The notes under the pieces: model-generated
Seen by the model: the letters and a program-made list of their open reading frames with translations, nothing else
What the model was told of the DNA's origin: nothing
Database searches by the model: none
Translations under genes and position numbers: made by a program
Part shown: piece by piece, positions 1 to 9,220 of the stretch
How the letters are laid out: each line of letters begins with the position of its first letter
Numbering within the stretch: position 1 is the first letter of the stretch
Origin: an uncultured virus (IMG/VR IMGVR_UViG_3300020161_002252)
Taxonomy: Duplodnaviria > Heunggongvirae > Uroviricota > Caudoviricetes > Herelleviridae
Reading direction: 5' to 3' (one strand)
DNA: 64,000 nucleotides
Virus record (IMG/VR): IMGVR_UViG_3300020161_002252

Positions 1-333
1 ATTTTCAAATATTCTATGAGGCTGTATCCCTGTTAATGCGTGATTACTATTTCTATTCTTGACCCAAATGTAATCATGATTAAACCATGTTTTCTTAAAT
101 ACCATAAGATCAGCAGTGAACATCCCTTGGGCAGTGAGAACGATAGCGCCATTATCTTTGATTACCCTCTCATACTCCGCCCAAAGTTTCCCCATGTCAA
201 TAATGCTATCCCACTCACAAGCAGTAGTACCATAAGGCAAATCGCAAAGAATCATATCCACCGATTTATCTGGTATGCTTGGCATCAATGCTAAACAATC
301 ACCGTGATGCACTTGGTTAATCTCTAAACTCAT
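1..333 (-). CDS. DNA methyltransferase, beta-class N6-A/N4-C (N-terminal part; runs off the left edge of the window)
   Basis: Not in the ORF track. Hand translation from ATG at 333 (RBS AAGGAG upstream) gives MSLEINQVHHGDCLALMPSIPDKSVDMILCDLPYGTTACEWDSII... with no stop to position 1. GDCL...D(L/P)PY is the standard start of beta-class amino-MTases. Confidence 0.9.
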   Translation of the reverse strand, partial: MSLEINQVHHGDCLALMPSIPDKSVDMILCDLPYGTTACEWDSIIDMGKLWAEYERVIKDNGAIVLTAQGMFTADLMVFKKTWFNHDYIWVKNRNSNHALTGIQPHRIFEN

Positions 334-396
334 TTTTGTTGTTCTCCTTTGGGTCTAAGATACAATTTTTAGCTTCTGGATCAAAGAAACAAGTTT

Positions 397-1022
397 AGTT
401 AAGATAAAAAGATTCAAAAGTACTCAAAAACCAATCTTAACAGGATCTTAATTGAAAATTATGACGGATTATCAATAACTTAGCTAATATGCGTTAAGAT
501 AATTAAGATTCAGGGGGTGTTTGGCTCCCTATATATATATGTATCATGTGTATATATGTGTATCATATATATATATATTTCCTATTCCAATCGTTTAAAA
601 AGAGATCAATCTTAACTAAAAATAAGCTAAGTTATTGATATTATGTCACAATTTTCAAGTTAAGATTGAAGTAAGATAAAAATGAGTATCTTAACTAGAT
701 AGCTAAGTTATTGAAATACAATGATATTTTTTAGTTAAGATAGAATTAAGATTCTCGGTACACAGGATCAATCTTAACTAAATTTTATGTGAAACTGGTT
801 CAGAAGGTGCAAAACCCATAATTTTTTAATAATCGTAAAAATATGTTACAAAATTATTCAAAGTGATTTTTTATGCGTTTCCAAGAAGCGAAATAAAAAG
901 ATGCTTTGAAAATAATAAAAAAGCATCAAAGTTAAGATTGAAAAAGGGAATCTTAACTAATCTTAACTGAGCAAAATTGAATCTTAACTGAATCTTAACT
1001 TAATCTTAACTGAATCTTAACT
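397..1022. repeat. Iteron-like AATCTTAACT/AGTTAAGATT repeat region with palindromic AT-rich core; putative replication origin, copy 1
   Basis: Many copies of the 10-mer in both orientations, tandem at 949-1022. A perfect 16-bp inverted repeat (470-485/625-640) flanks a (TA)n/TGTATCA core. No ORF. Confidence 0.75.
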
Positions 1023-1043
1023 AGGTAAATTTGAGCATGGTAC

Positions 1044-1424
1044 TTAGTTTTTAGTTTCCAATAGTTCAAGCGCTTGTTCTATCCTGGCAATTTTAACCTT
1101 AGTATCTTGAAGCTCTAGTTTAACTTTTTCATGTGAATCAATTTCATCTTTGATCTCTAAAAGTTCTTGTTTTATATTTGAAATATCATGCTCTAATCTA
1201 GCTTGTTTATATTGGATATCTTGTAAGCTTTGCGCGCTGGTCTTCTGAGTACGATAAAAGAGCATAGCTAGGACGATAGCAATAGACAGGGGAACGCTAC
1301 CAGTGATTTGAATCAGTTCGCGCAGCGCTTCAATGTCCTGTTTAGGCTGGTGTACTTCTGTTTGAGTCTGGGGGATGGTTTTAATTGTTTCCAAGGTTGG
1401 ATCAATCGATTGTAGGGGTTCCAT
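1044..1424 (-). CDS. Hypothetical protein with one TM helix and a C-terminal coiled coil
   Basis: Hydrophobic stretch VPLSIAIVLAMLFY followed by heptad repeats. Confidence 0.55.
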   Translation of the reverse strand: MEPLQSIDPTLETIKTIPQTQTEVHQPKQDIEALRELIQITGSVPLSIAIVLAMLFYRTQKTSAQSLQDIQYKQARLEHDISNIKQELLEIKDEIDSHEKVKLELQDTKVKIARIEQALELLETKN

Positions 1425-1520
1425 GTTCTTTATCTTTCTTTGAATCAGTGCATCATTGATTCATTGGTTTATTGGTTCATTGCACTATGTAAACCTATCA
1501 TTTATGAATCTTTTTTAAAA

Positions 1521-1561
1521 GTGTAAAAATAATTGACAACCTTATAAAACTTTTGTACTTT
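1521..1561 (+). promoter_or_regulatory. Sigma70-type promoter TTGACA-17-TACTTT with A/T-rich UP region
   Basis: TTGACA 1533-1538 and TACTTT 1556-1561, upstream of the + strand operon. Confidence 0.65.
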
Positions 1562-1599
1562 GATAGAAATTGACCACCCTAACAAAGGAAATAAATAAA

Positions 1600-1869
1600 A
1601 TGAGTCGTCAAAAAGATTTCAATTGTGGATTGTATCCTATCGTAAAACCCGTAAAACCAGTGAATCAAATTCGCCAAGAGTACCAAGAGCAAAAAGCACA
1701 ACCCAAGGCACTTGTGAGTAACAAAGTACCTTTTCTTTACTTTTTCAAGATAGAATCAAAGACTTATGATCGTCTGGAATTGGCGTATTGTATCCTTGTA
1801 TTTGTGATCCTTGGATTGATGACCATGTATACAATTCTTTGCTATGGGAGCGGGATGAATCCATGGTAA
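1600..1869 (+). CDS. Hypothetical protein with C-terminal TM helix
   Basis: ORF track 1570..1869; ATG at 1600 follows AAGGA RBS; hydrophobic C-terminus. Confidence 0.6.
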   Translation: MSRQKDFNCGLYPIVKPVKPVNQIRQEYQEQKAQPKALVSNKVPFLYFFKIESKTYDRLELAYCILVFVILGLMTMYTILCYGSGMNPW

Positions 1870-2216
1870 GCAAAGAATCAAAGATCACTACGATTTTAGC
1901 ATTGCGTACGCTAATGAAAAGTATGGGCGATGTACGCCAAGCGCAAACAAGCAGCTTAACAGATGTTGTTAATGATTCCTTGATTTACATGGTCAACGCG
2001 TATTTGAATACGCTGGTATATAATCAAGAATCTAGCTACATTCATGTAGATTTTGATTATACCTTGGTTCGCATTGAACCATCATTAAACGAGGTACTAG
2101 ATAACAGGCGCTATATAGCTAGTTTAATTGAGTTTCTTTCTCACACCAATGTGAATCCCTTGGTAAGTAATTTAAATACTTTTGTTAAAACAATGGTGCA
2201 AAAGTACGCGGTATAA
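1863..2216 (+). CDS. Hypothetical protein
   Basis: ORF track 1788..2216; ATG at 1863 overlaps the upstream stop, suggesting translational coupling. Confidence 0.55.
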   Translation: MVSKESKITTILALRTLMKSMGDVRQAQTSSLTDVVNDSLIYMVNAYLNTLVYNQESSYIHVDFDYTLVRIEPSLNEVLDNRRYIASLIEFLSHTNVNPLVSNLNTFVKTMVQKYAV

Positions 2217-2304
2217 TCAAGTATCTCAGTATATAAATTTTGATCTAAAGGTTCTTTGCTATATATAAGTATGATAAACACTGGGAAATAGAAACAGAGA
2301 AACA

Positions 2305-2856
2305 ATGAGAAGCAAAGAACCAAAAGAAGCGCAGATGCTGGGTAACCATTCGCAAAGATTGGGCGTAGCATTTGAAGATGTAATAACCAAAGTTTCAGAG
2401 TATTATTTATCTAAGGGGCTGGGATATATAAAGAAACGATATGAACCATATAAACGAGTAGGTAAACCATTAAGCGGGTCAAGATTCATAGGCATTCATA
2501 CGGGTGCGAGTGGTCCGGATTTTGAAGTATTTTTGCGTAATGGTAAATCAGGGTTACTTGAAATGAAGATGCGTACTTCTAAATATGTACCATTGGCAAT
2601 ACTCAATGAAAAGCAAATTGAGGAGCTGAGTTTAATGGATAGCTGGGGGTATCTATCTTTGATTTGTTTATATTTGAATATAGATGATGGGGGTTTCTTT
2701 GTGATCCCATTTAGCGAGTGGAAACACACAAAAAAGAAAAGTTTAAATTTGGAGGATTTAGCTAAATTTCGTATTACTAGCTATCTAGGTACTCAAAAAG
2801 AGATCCCCGATATACTAGGAGCATATATAAATGATTCCCCAACTGGTGTACAATGA
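2305..2856 (+). CDS. recU: RecU-like Holliday junction resolvase (PD-(D/E)XK)
   Basis: G-x-x-FE-x-x-I...Y...IKK-x-YEP, then PDF...LLEMK and 'EKQIEEL', matching the RecU family pattern. Confidence 0.7.
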   Translation: MRSKEPKEAQMLGNHSQRLGVAFEDVITKVSEYYLSKGLGYIKKRYEPYKRVGKPLSGSRFIGIHTGASGPDFEVFLRNGKSGLLEMKMRTSKYVPLAILNEKQIEELSLMDSWGYLSLICLYLNIDDGGFFVIPFSEWKHTKKKSLNLEDLAKFRITSYLGTQKEIPDILGAYINDSPTGVQ

Positions 2857-3733
2857 ATCCGGTTTGATCAGTGAAATCAAAGTTTTTAACGATGGTTTTG
2901 TTCGTGTTCGTTCGGTACTTGGTACAGATTTAGATATTGCAGATGTTGCGCGTGTATCTTTTGGCAAGAAAGCGCAAACATGGACGGAAAAAGAAGAAAA
3001 GCTTGTGAATTATCTTTGGCAGCATGGGCACACTTCCCCATTTAGGCACAGTTTCATAAGTTTAAATGTAAAGTTACCCATATTCATAGCTAGACAATGG
3101 GAAAAATACAAGGTAGGCAGTCCCATAGACACACCGGAAAACGAAATTTCTGGGAGGTATGTGGAATGGTATGAATCATTTTGGCAGCCTTTAAGCCTAA
3201 GGAAGCAAAGCGCTCAAAATAAGCAAGGTAGCGAAGGTTATTTAAGCGATGAATCAGAAGAAGCTATGCTACTTGAAGTTTATAGATCAAGCTATTTAAG
3301 AAGCTATGCAGAATATGAATTACTTTTGAAGCATGGAGTAGCCAAAGAACAGGCGCGCGCTTTGCTTCCTCAAGGCTTGTATACTGAGATGATCTGGACC
3401 CCAAGCTTACAAGCTTTAATCCATTTTTTACAACAACGCTTAGATAGTCATGCACAATTGGAAATTCAAATTTATGCTAGATGCGTTTTAACTTTGGTAT
3501 ATCAGTATTACCCTCATGCGCTTACCGCGGTGTTTGGAGAATCATTGAAAGATTTGATTATTACAAGCAATGAGAAGCCAAGAACAAGAGAAATACAGGG
3601 GCAAATAGAAGCTATGGAAACAAAAATTGCTTATAATTCTCTTAAACGAAGTGAAAACCTTAGAATCAATTTGGAACAAGATTTAAAGGATCTAAAGAAT
3701 ACTTATAGATATATGGTAGCTAATCATGAGTAA
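2831..3733 (+). CDS. thyX: Flavin-dependent thymidylate synthase
   Basis: ARVSF, HTSPFRH, PIFIARQW, NEISGRY, GVAKEQARALLP and HAQLEI ThyX motifs. Confidence 0.93.
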   Translation: MIPQLVYNESGLISEIKVFNDGFVRVRSVLGTDLDIADVARVSFGKKAQTWTEKEEKLVNYLWQHGHTSPFRHSFISLNVKLPIFIARQWEKYKVGSPIDTPENEISGRYVEWYESFWQPLSLRKQSAQNKQGSEGYLSDESEEAMLLEVYRSSYLRSYAEYELLLKHGVAKEQARALLPQGLYTEMIWTPSLQALIHFLQQRLDSHAQLEIQIYARCVLTLVYQYYPHALTAVFGESLKDLIITSNEKPRTREIQGQIEAMETKIAYNSLKRSENLRINLEQDLKDLKNTYRYMVANHE

Positions 3734-3926
3734 CAAGATACAAGAATCCGATTTAGATAAGTATACCCTGGAGCAGATTAATGAGATGCTTACTTCTCTA
3801 TGGTGTGCAAGAAAGATCAATATTGAGCTTATTGCTTTACTGGAGAAGAAAGCGATGAAACTTTTAATGGATAAACACGGACTCAAAGAATCCGATCTAC
3901 CAAAATTTACAGAGGATGAAGAATGA
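3726..3926 (+). CDS. Hypothetical protein
   Basis: Overlaps neighbouring genes at start and stop; in operon. Confidence 0.55.
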   Translation: MSNKIQESDLDKYTLEQINEMLTSLWCARKINIELIALLEKKAMKLLMDKHGLKESDLPKFTEDEE

Positions 3927-4279
3927 ATATGAATTTAGATAACCAAGTAACAAAATTTGAACTTATGAAACTTTTGATTAGCGTTGTAAACAATAGGATT
4001 CCCAAGCTAGAGCAAAGAGACCCAATGCAAACGATTGATGAATATCAATGTGAAATTGAAGAGATTAGATTAACCATTGATCATATTAATTCTATGCTTC
4101 GTAGATCCTTTATTGCTAGTGTCGAGGGCAAAGAGAACCCAAGCGCTTCAATTCTTTTGAGTCATAAGATTATCGATACTTTACATATTCCAGAAGCTTA
4201 TAATGCGTTTTTTGAGCAAATTAGATCCACAATTATCGATGCTAGACGCGTAGTTTTATATCATACTTTATCTAATTAA
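3923..4279 (+). CDS. Hypothetical protein
   Basis: ATGA overlap with the previous gene. Confidence 0.6.
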   Translation: MNMNLDNQVTKFELMKLLISVVNNRIPKLEQRDPMQTIDEYQCEIEEIRLTIDHINSMLRRSFIASVEGKENPSASILLSHKIIDTLHIPEAYNAFFEQIRSTIIDARRVVLYHTLSN

Positions 4280-4342
4280 AAATTTGCACTAGGTATTTTA
4301 AAAAGCATATATTGACAATCCACACTCAAAAAGGATTGTACT

Positions 4343-6727
4343 ATGAGTTCTATCATTCAAGACCATCAAAGAGAACTTTGCTCTGAATTTACTTTTAAAC
4401 AAACTTATGCAAGATACCTAAAAGACAAGAAACGCCGTGAAAACTGGGGGGAAGCAGTTGAGCGTATGATGAGCACCCATAAAGCGTTTTACTTGCCATA
4501 TATGACCAATGAATTAAAGCAAGATATTTCAGATATTGAACATGCGATCAAAGATAAAAAGATTCTAGGTAGTCAACGCGCGTTACAATTTGGCGGGGAT
4601 GCTATCCTTGAAAAGCATTGGAGAATCTACAATTGCACTTCTTCTTATTGTGATCGTCCGCGCTTTTTTAGTGAATCTTTGTGGTTGTTACTTTGTGGGA
4701 GCGGTGTAGGTTTTTCTATCCAAAAGCAACATGTTTCTTGTTTGCCTGGTGTGATTGATATGAACCAAGTACTTCAAGCTAAATATAAAACTTTTGTGAT
4801 TGAAGATTCTATTGAAGGCTGGGCGGATGCGTTGAATGCGCTTGTAAACTTCTTCTTTGGTCTAGGTGAAGAGTACCCGCAATTCTCATACTCAAGGATT
4901 CGCAAAAATGGAAGTGCATTAAGACACGGTGGGAAAGCGCCTGGTCCTTTTGCACTGAAAAAAGCGCTTCAAAGAATCGAAGAAGTATTTTTAAAGCGCG
5001 CAGGGAAACAATTAAAACCTATCGATTGTTTAGATATTGTTTGCCATGCCGCCGATTGTGTAAGAAGCGGGGGAGTTCGTAGGGCTGCTTTACTTGCTCT
5101 GTTCTCTATGGATGATGAAGAAATGTTGAAATCTAAAACAAATACTTGGTTTCAAACTGACGGTCAACGCGCTAGGGCTAATATTTCTATAGCTGTACCC
5201 CGCCATAGTGTAACAGAAGATCAATTTAATGCGATTATGGAGAGTACAAGGCAATGGGGGGAACCAGGGTTTATTTTCACTGATTCGCTTGAGTTCTGTT
5301 TCAATCCGTGTGTTGAGATAAGTATGTGTCCTATCTTGGTAACCAAGGATGGGGCTGTATGCAAAGAGTATTCACTTGATCTATTGGATAGGAGTAATCG
5401 AAGCAAATATGAATCAATGGGATACAAGTTTGAATCTGGTTGGCAAGCGTGCAATTTAACAGAAGTGAATGCAAGTCAATTTAAAGACTTTGAACCCCAA
5501 ACAATCAAAGAGATGTTTACTTGTGTACGACTAGCCACGAAGTTGGGAACCATGCAGGCGGGATATACTGAATCCACTTATTTAGGCGATGTATCAAAGA
5601 AAATACTTGAAAGAGAAGCTTTACTAGGCGTTTCGTTGACTGGTTTAGCTAATTCCATATTTTTCAAAGCACACAAAGAACAAAAGGATCTAGTGGAATC
5701 GACTTTGAGCGATCTAGCTAAACACGCGTGTTTAATCAATAGGACTTTTGCGCCAACAATTGGGGTCAATGCAGCATCTAGGATCACTTGCGTAAAACCA
5801 TCTGGCACGGCTTCGCTTGTCCTTGGTTGTGCAAGTGGTGTTCACTTGGAACATGCGCAAAAGTATATAAGAAGAAATCAGGTTGATGCAAGTTCACCAA
5901 TTGTCCAAGCGTATAAAAAAGCGCTTCCGGAAGCGGTGGAATTAAGCGCCTGGAGTCCCACAAAAACCGATGAAGTTGTATCTTTTGCGATTGAATGCGA
6001 CTCAGTATCTTTATTCAAAGAGGACGCATCAGCGATTGACTTCTTGAATCTGGTAAAAATGATTCAAACTACATGGGTTAAATATGGAACTTCTAGACCT
6101 ACTAGCGTAGAAAAAGCGGTGCATAATGTCAGCAATACCACTACCGTAAAAGTTACCGAATGGGGGGAAGTAAGCAAATACCTATATGAGAATCAAGGTA
6201 CTTTTTGTGGACTTAGTTTCTTAAGCGCAACAGGCGATTATGATTATATCCAAGCGCCATTTCAACGCGTGTATGAGCTGGATCAAATCAACGAAGTTTA
6301 TAATGTTGCAAAAACCCAAATAGAACGCGAGTACAAAGAAGCACAAAGACAAATTAAAAGCGCTTACAATGATGAAAGACTTGCCAAGCTAAAAGAAGTA
6401 ACTTCATTACTTGAGGAAGCTGGGAAGCGCATAGAAGATAAAGATTTACTTGAAGCTGAGTGCGAGATGATCGATGCAGTATACCAAGACTTCATTAAGC
6501 ATAATTTAGAAATGCAAAAAAATGATCTTGGTGATGCAGAACATGATTACTTAGAATCTATGAAGAGTGTTCATGCGGATTGGGAAGCTAAGTATTCGAT
6601 GTATACACTTTGGCAAAAGCTACATTCTAAACGATTGAAATTTGACTTTGATTCTATTATTGAAGATCACGATGAAACAGAAGGTATTCAAGAAGTGGCG
6701 TGCGCCGGCGGCGCCTGTTTAATTTAG
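4343..6727 (+). CDS. nrdJ: Ribonucleotide reductase, probably class II (adenosylcobalamin-dependent, monomeric type)
   Basis: YARY...RRENW, QRALQFGG, YNC, GSGVGFS, GGVRRAA, NPCVEI finger loop, CNLTE, TCVKPSGT and C-terminal CAGGAC. No nrdB in the window. Confidence 0.85.
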   Translation: MSSIIQDHQRELCSEFTFKQTYARYLKDKKRRENWGEAVERMMSTHKAFYLPYMTNELKQDISDIEHAIKDKKILGSQRALQFGGDAILEKHWRIYNCTSSYCDRPRFFSESLWLLLCGSGVGFSIQKQHVSCLPGVIDMNQVLQAKYKTFVIEDSIEGWADALNALVNFFFGLGEEYPQFSYSRIRKNGSALRHGGKAPGPFALKKALQRIEEVFLKRAGKQLKPIDCLDIVCHAADCVRSGGVRRAALLALFSMDDEEMLKSKTNTWFQTDGQRARANISIAVPRHSVTEDQFNAIMESTRQWGEPGFIFTDSLEFCFNPCVEISMCPILVTKDGAVCKEYSLDLLDRSNRSKYESMGYKFESGWQACNLTEVNASQFKDFEPQTIKEMFTCVRLATKLGTMQAGYTESTYLGDVSKKILEREALLGVSLTGLANSIFFKAHKEQKDLVESTLSDLAKHACLINRTFAPTIGVNAASRITCVKPSGTASLVLGCASGVHLEHAQKYIRRNQVDASSPIVQAYKKALPEAVELSAWSPTKTDEVVSFAIECDSVSLFKEDASAIDFLNLVKMIQTTWVKYGTSRPTSVEKAVHNVSNTTTVKVTEWGEVSKYLYENQGTFCGLSFLSATGDYDYIQAPFQRVYELDQINEVYNVAKTQIEREYKEAQRQIKSAYNDERLAKLKEVTSLLEEAGKRIEDKDLLEAECEMIDAVYQDFIKHNLEMQKNDLGDAEHDYLESMKSVHADWEAKYSMYTLWQKLHSKRLKFDFDSIIEDHDETEGIQEVACAGGACLI

Positions 6728-6733
6728 ATAATA

Positions 6734-6985
6734 TTATTCTTCTTCTGAGTATAAGCGTTCGATAGCAGTGTAAAACAAGAAATCAAAATGTTCAAGACTA
6801 TCAAAAGATCCACTTGATACACAAGTTACAATGCGTCCATCTATGCAGCACTCTAAGATTACTCTTTTCTTGCGTGTTAAACGCTTCACAGCTTTGATAT
6901 ATGGGATGTAACAAATAATATTGCCTTGATGTAAGTTTAATTTGTTCATTTTTAACATTTTCTTTCTCTGGTTAATTTGCTTCAC
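6734..6985 (-). CDS. Hypothetical protein
   Basis: ORF overlapping the stop of the upstream - strand gene. Confidence 0.45.
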   Translation of the reverse strand: MKQINQRKKMLKMNKLNLHQGNIICYIPYIKAVKRLTRKKRVILECCIDGRIVTCVSSGSFDSLEHFDFLFYTAIERLYSEEE

Positions 6986-7556
6986 TGAAAATATTTACTT
7001 GAACAAAGCTCAGTAATGGGGAATAGCAGCCATCTTTGTAAACGATTCTTTGACCGTTGAATCTATGGTGCTCAAATTCTTGAAACTTGGCTTCTTCGCC
7101 TAATTTCTTGATAACCATATACTGGCTTTCTTTGTCTTTATAGTCAAAATCGATCCCATTATGATAACACACCATTTCAGTCACTGGATCAAAGATGATT
7201 TTGTATTCACATAGGTGTAAAGAAACATAGATAGCTTTGATATCCATATCAAATTCTTGTGCTTCTTCGATCACCGCTTGAATAGAAACAAGATCAAAAA
7301 GATAATTTAAGATTCTTTGTTCTTCTTCTGAATCCGTACGATACACGGGAACAAGTACAGGACAGCCTAAAGAGGGTTCATCATCTTGTAAAATGGTGGT
7401 TGAAATCGTGGTTTCTTGTTCTTTTTTGTCATTCATGAGTACGATTTTACTTGACTTATAAGAAACTTGAATCATACAGGCGCTTACTTGCGCTACTTCT
7501 ACTTCAAAGCGTGTATCTTCATCAAAGAAGGCTTGAATATCTTGTGCATTTAGCAT
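6972..7556 (-). CDS. Hypothetical acidic protein (probable early gene)
   Basis: AAAGGA RBS, directly downstream of a strong promoter. Confidence 0.65.
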   Translation of the reverse strand: MLNAQDIQAFFDEDTRFEVEVAQVSACMIQVSYKSSKIVLMNDKKEQETTISTTILQDDEPSLGCPVLVPVYRTDSEEEQRILNYLFDLVSIQAVIEEAQEFDMDIKAIYVSLHLCEYKIIFDPVTEMVCYHNGIDFDYKDKESQYMVIKKLGEEAKFQEFEHHRFNGQRIVYKDGCYSPLLSFVQVNIFSEAN

Positions 7557-7590
7557 CTTGGTTTTCCTTTAAAGGGTGGACGGTGTACCA

Positions 7591-7641
7591 AGATTAATAT
7601 ATGTTTTGTGTTGTGTCAAATATTTTTACAAAATTATTTTA
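7591..7641 (-). promoter_or_regulatory. Sigma70-type promoter TTGACA-17-TAATCT with UP element
   Basis: 7614-7641 (minus) is identical over 28 bp to 61284-61311 (plus). Confidence 0.75.
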
Positions 7642-7642
7642 C

Positions 7643-8728
7643 TTATCTTCTTCTGGCCATAACAATTTGAGTTATTTTAGCATCATCCGACTCACAAAGA
7701 AGCGGGGTTGTTTCACTATAATCATGAAAAAATAGATCCGTGCTATCCAAGGCTAGAGATAGATAATCATATTTAAAAGAAGATTTGTAATCGATTTCAT
7801 CACTATCTAAAAGTTCGGAAAACTCAAAAGCTTGATCGATTTCTAGCTTAAATCTATTTGCTTTTGCATCTCCTTTAATATGGATTGCTTTATCATCAGT
7901 TAAAAACTTTGAAGCAGTTTTAAACGCATCCTTGATATCTTCTGAGAATTTAATTCTTAGTTTATTATCTCTCTTTGGGATAATTGCGCGGTATTCTGGG
8001 AAAGTTTCATCAATCAAGCGAATCAAAAGGAAGCGTTTTTTATTATCCACTAAAATCAAATTGCCTTTTGAGATACCCATTTCAATGGATTCACAAGCAG
8101 CCAAGAAGCTAATGAGCATTGATAAGCTGGTTCTTGGTACTAATGCACTAACAAAATTAATTTTGATGTCTGTAAATACGCGGGTTAAACGATGACCATC
8201 AGTAGAAACTAGCGTAAGGCTATTCTCTCTATCCTTATCAGCTTCAAATAGTAACCCTGTTAATTTGGGTCTTGCTTCTTCGGTGCTAATGCTGGGTGTA
8301 CAAATATTAATCATCTTGATCAAGTCTTGAGTATCTTCAAGAGATACATTAACAAAGTCCCCATTTTCCGCGGTAATGCTTGGGTATAAATCTGGGTTGA
8401 GAACCTTGGGAATCAATTTGATCTTTTTTGCTTTTGCTTCCGCGTGTAATGTGACTTCATCAACGAAGATATCAATTAAATCGATGTCTAGTGATGCGAT
8501 TTTAGCTAAGAACGAAGATTCAAGTAATGATGATCCTTCTTGCTCAATTTCACCGGTCAAAAGTTCGATTGTAGAAGCTTGTAAATTGGTTGCCTTGGCG
8601 GTGATAACCCCATCTTTTGCTTCAATGAGTACAAAACTCAAGTAATCGGGCTGTTTGGTGGTTTTAGCGATGTTGACAAGATTCTTAAGCGCTTGTTTAC
8701 TCTGTTTTAAAGATAACAATAGTTTCAT
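7643..8728 (-). CDS. dnaN: DNA polymerase III beta sliding clamp homologue
   Basis: 361 aa; ATNL, YPSI, 'STEEARPKLTGLLFE', 'LVSTDGHRL', 'RLIDETFPEYRAIIP' and a C-terminal IVMA-R. Confidence 0.9.
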   Translation of the reverse strand: MKLLLSLKQSKQALKNLVNIAKTTKQPDYLSFVLIEAKDGVITAKATNLQASTIELLTGEIEQEGSSLLESSFLAKIASLDIDLIDIFVDEVTLHAEAKAKKIKLIPKVLNPDLYPSITAENGDFVNVSLEDTQDLIKMINICTPSISTEEARPKLTGLLFEADKDRENSLTLVSTDGHRLTRVFTDIKINFVSALVPRTSLSMLISFLAACESIEMGISKGNLILVDNKKRFLLIRLIDETFPEYRAIIPKRDNKLRIKFSEDIKDAFKTASKFLTDDKAIHIKGDAKANRFKLEIDQAFEFSELLDSDEIDYKSSFKYDYLSLALDSTDLFFHDYSETTPLLCESDDAKITQIVMARRR

Positions 8729-9176
8729 GCTTTATAGACTCCATGATAATGGTTGCTTTGTTTTTTAGTTTTAGGATCTTTTTTGAATACTCTTTAGCTT
8801 TTTTGCCCTTACCCGCGTAGGATTCAACGGCTTTTGCTTCATTGTAATCATGAATGACTAGGTATTGTTTAAGAGCGGTAACCCCCGCTTTAATGAGATC
8901 ACAACCATGTTTTTTCTTGTTATCACACCATAAGCGAGGGGTGGCCTGCATTGCTCCAAAACCTTTACCATCTGAAGCAATAGCATCTTTTTCAAACTTG
9001 GATTCATGGAATGCGATAGACAAAGCAAGAAGAATATCGACTTCTTGACGGCGGGCCTCTTCATGTACCAATAAACAGGTTTCAATTCTGGATTCTGTGC
9101 TTTGTGCGAGTTTTTTTGTATATCCCATTGAATCCGAAGATGAAAAGAGGGATAAGACTAAAAAGTAACAAATCAT
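8697..9176 (-). CDS. Soluble lytic transglycosylase (SLT)-like protein with N-terminal signal/anchor
   Basis: LALSIAFHESKF (catalytic Glu), GAMQ, 'LIKAGVTALKQY' and 'AVESYAG'. Confidence 0.75.
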   Translation of the reverse strand: MICYFLVLSLFSSSDSMGYTKKLAQSTESRIETCLLVHEEARRQEVDILLALSIAFHESKFEKDAIASDGKGFGAMQATPRLWCDNKKKHGCDLIKAGVTALKQYLVIHDYNEAKAVESYAGKGKKAKEYSKKILKLKNKATIIMESIKHETIVIFKTE

Positions 9177-9220
9177 GATTACTCCGATGTAAAAAGTAAT
9201 TGAGTTTAAGGGTTTTAATT

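Noticed and set aside
40..294. 84-aa + strand ORF in the track
   Set aside because: Antisense shadow of the minus-strand methyltransferase (333 to <1), which has an RBS and family motifs
949..1022. Tandem AATCTTAACT repeats as a CRISPR array
   Set aside because: Units are ~10 bp with no unique spacers, and there is no cas operon
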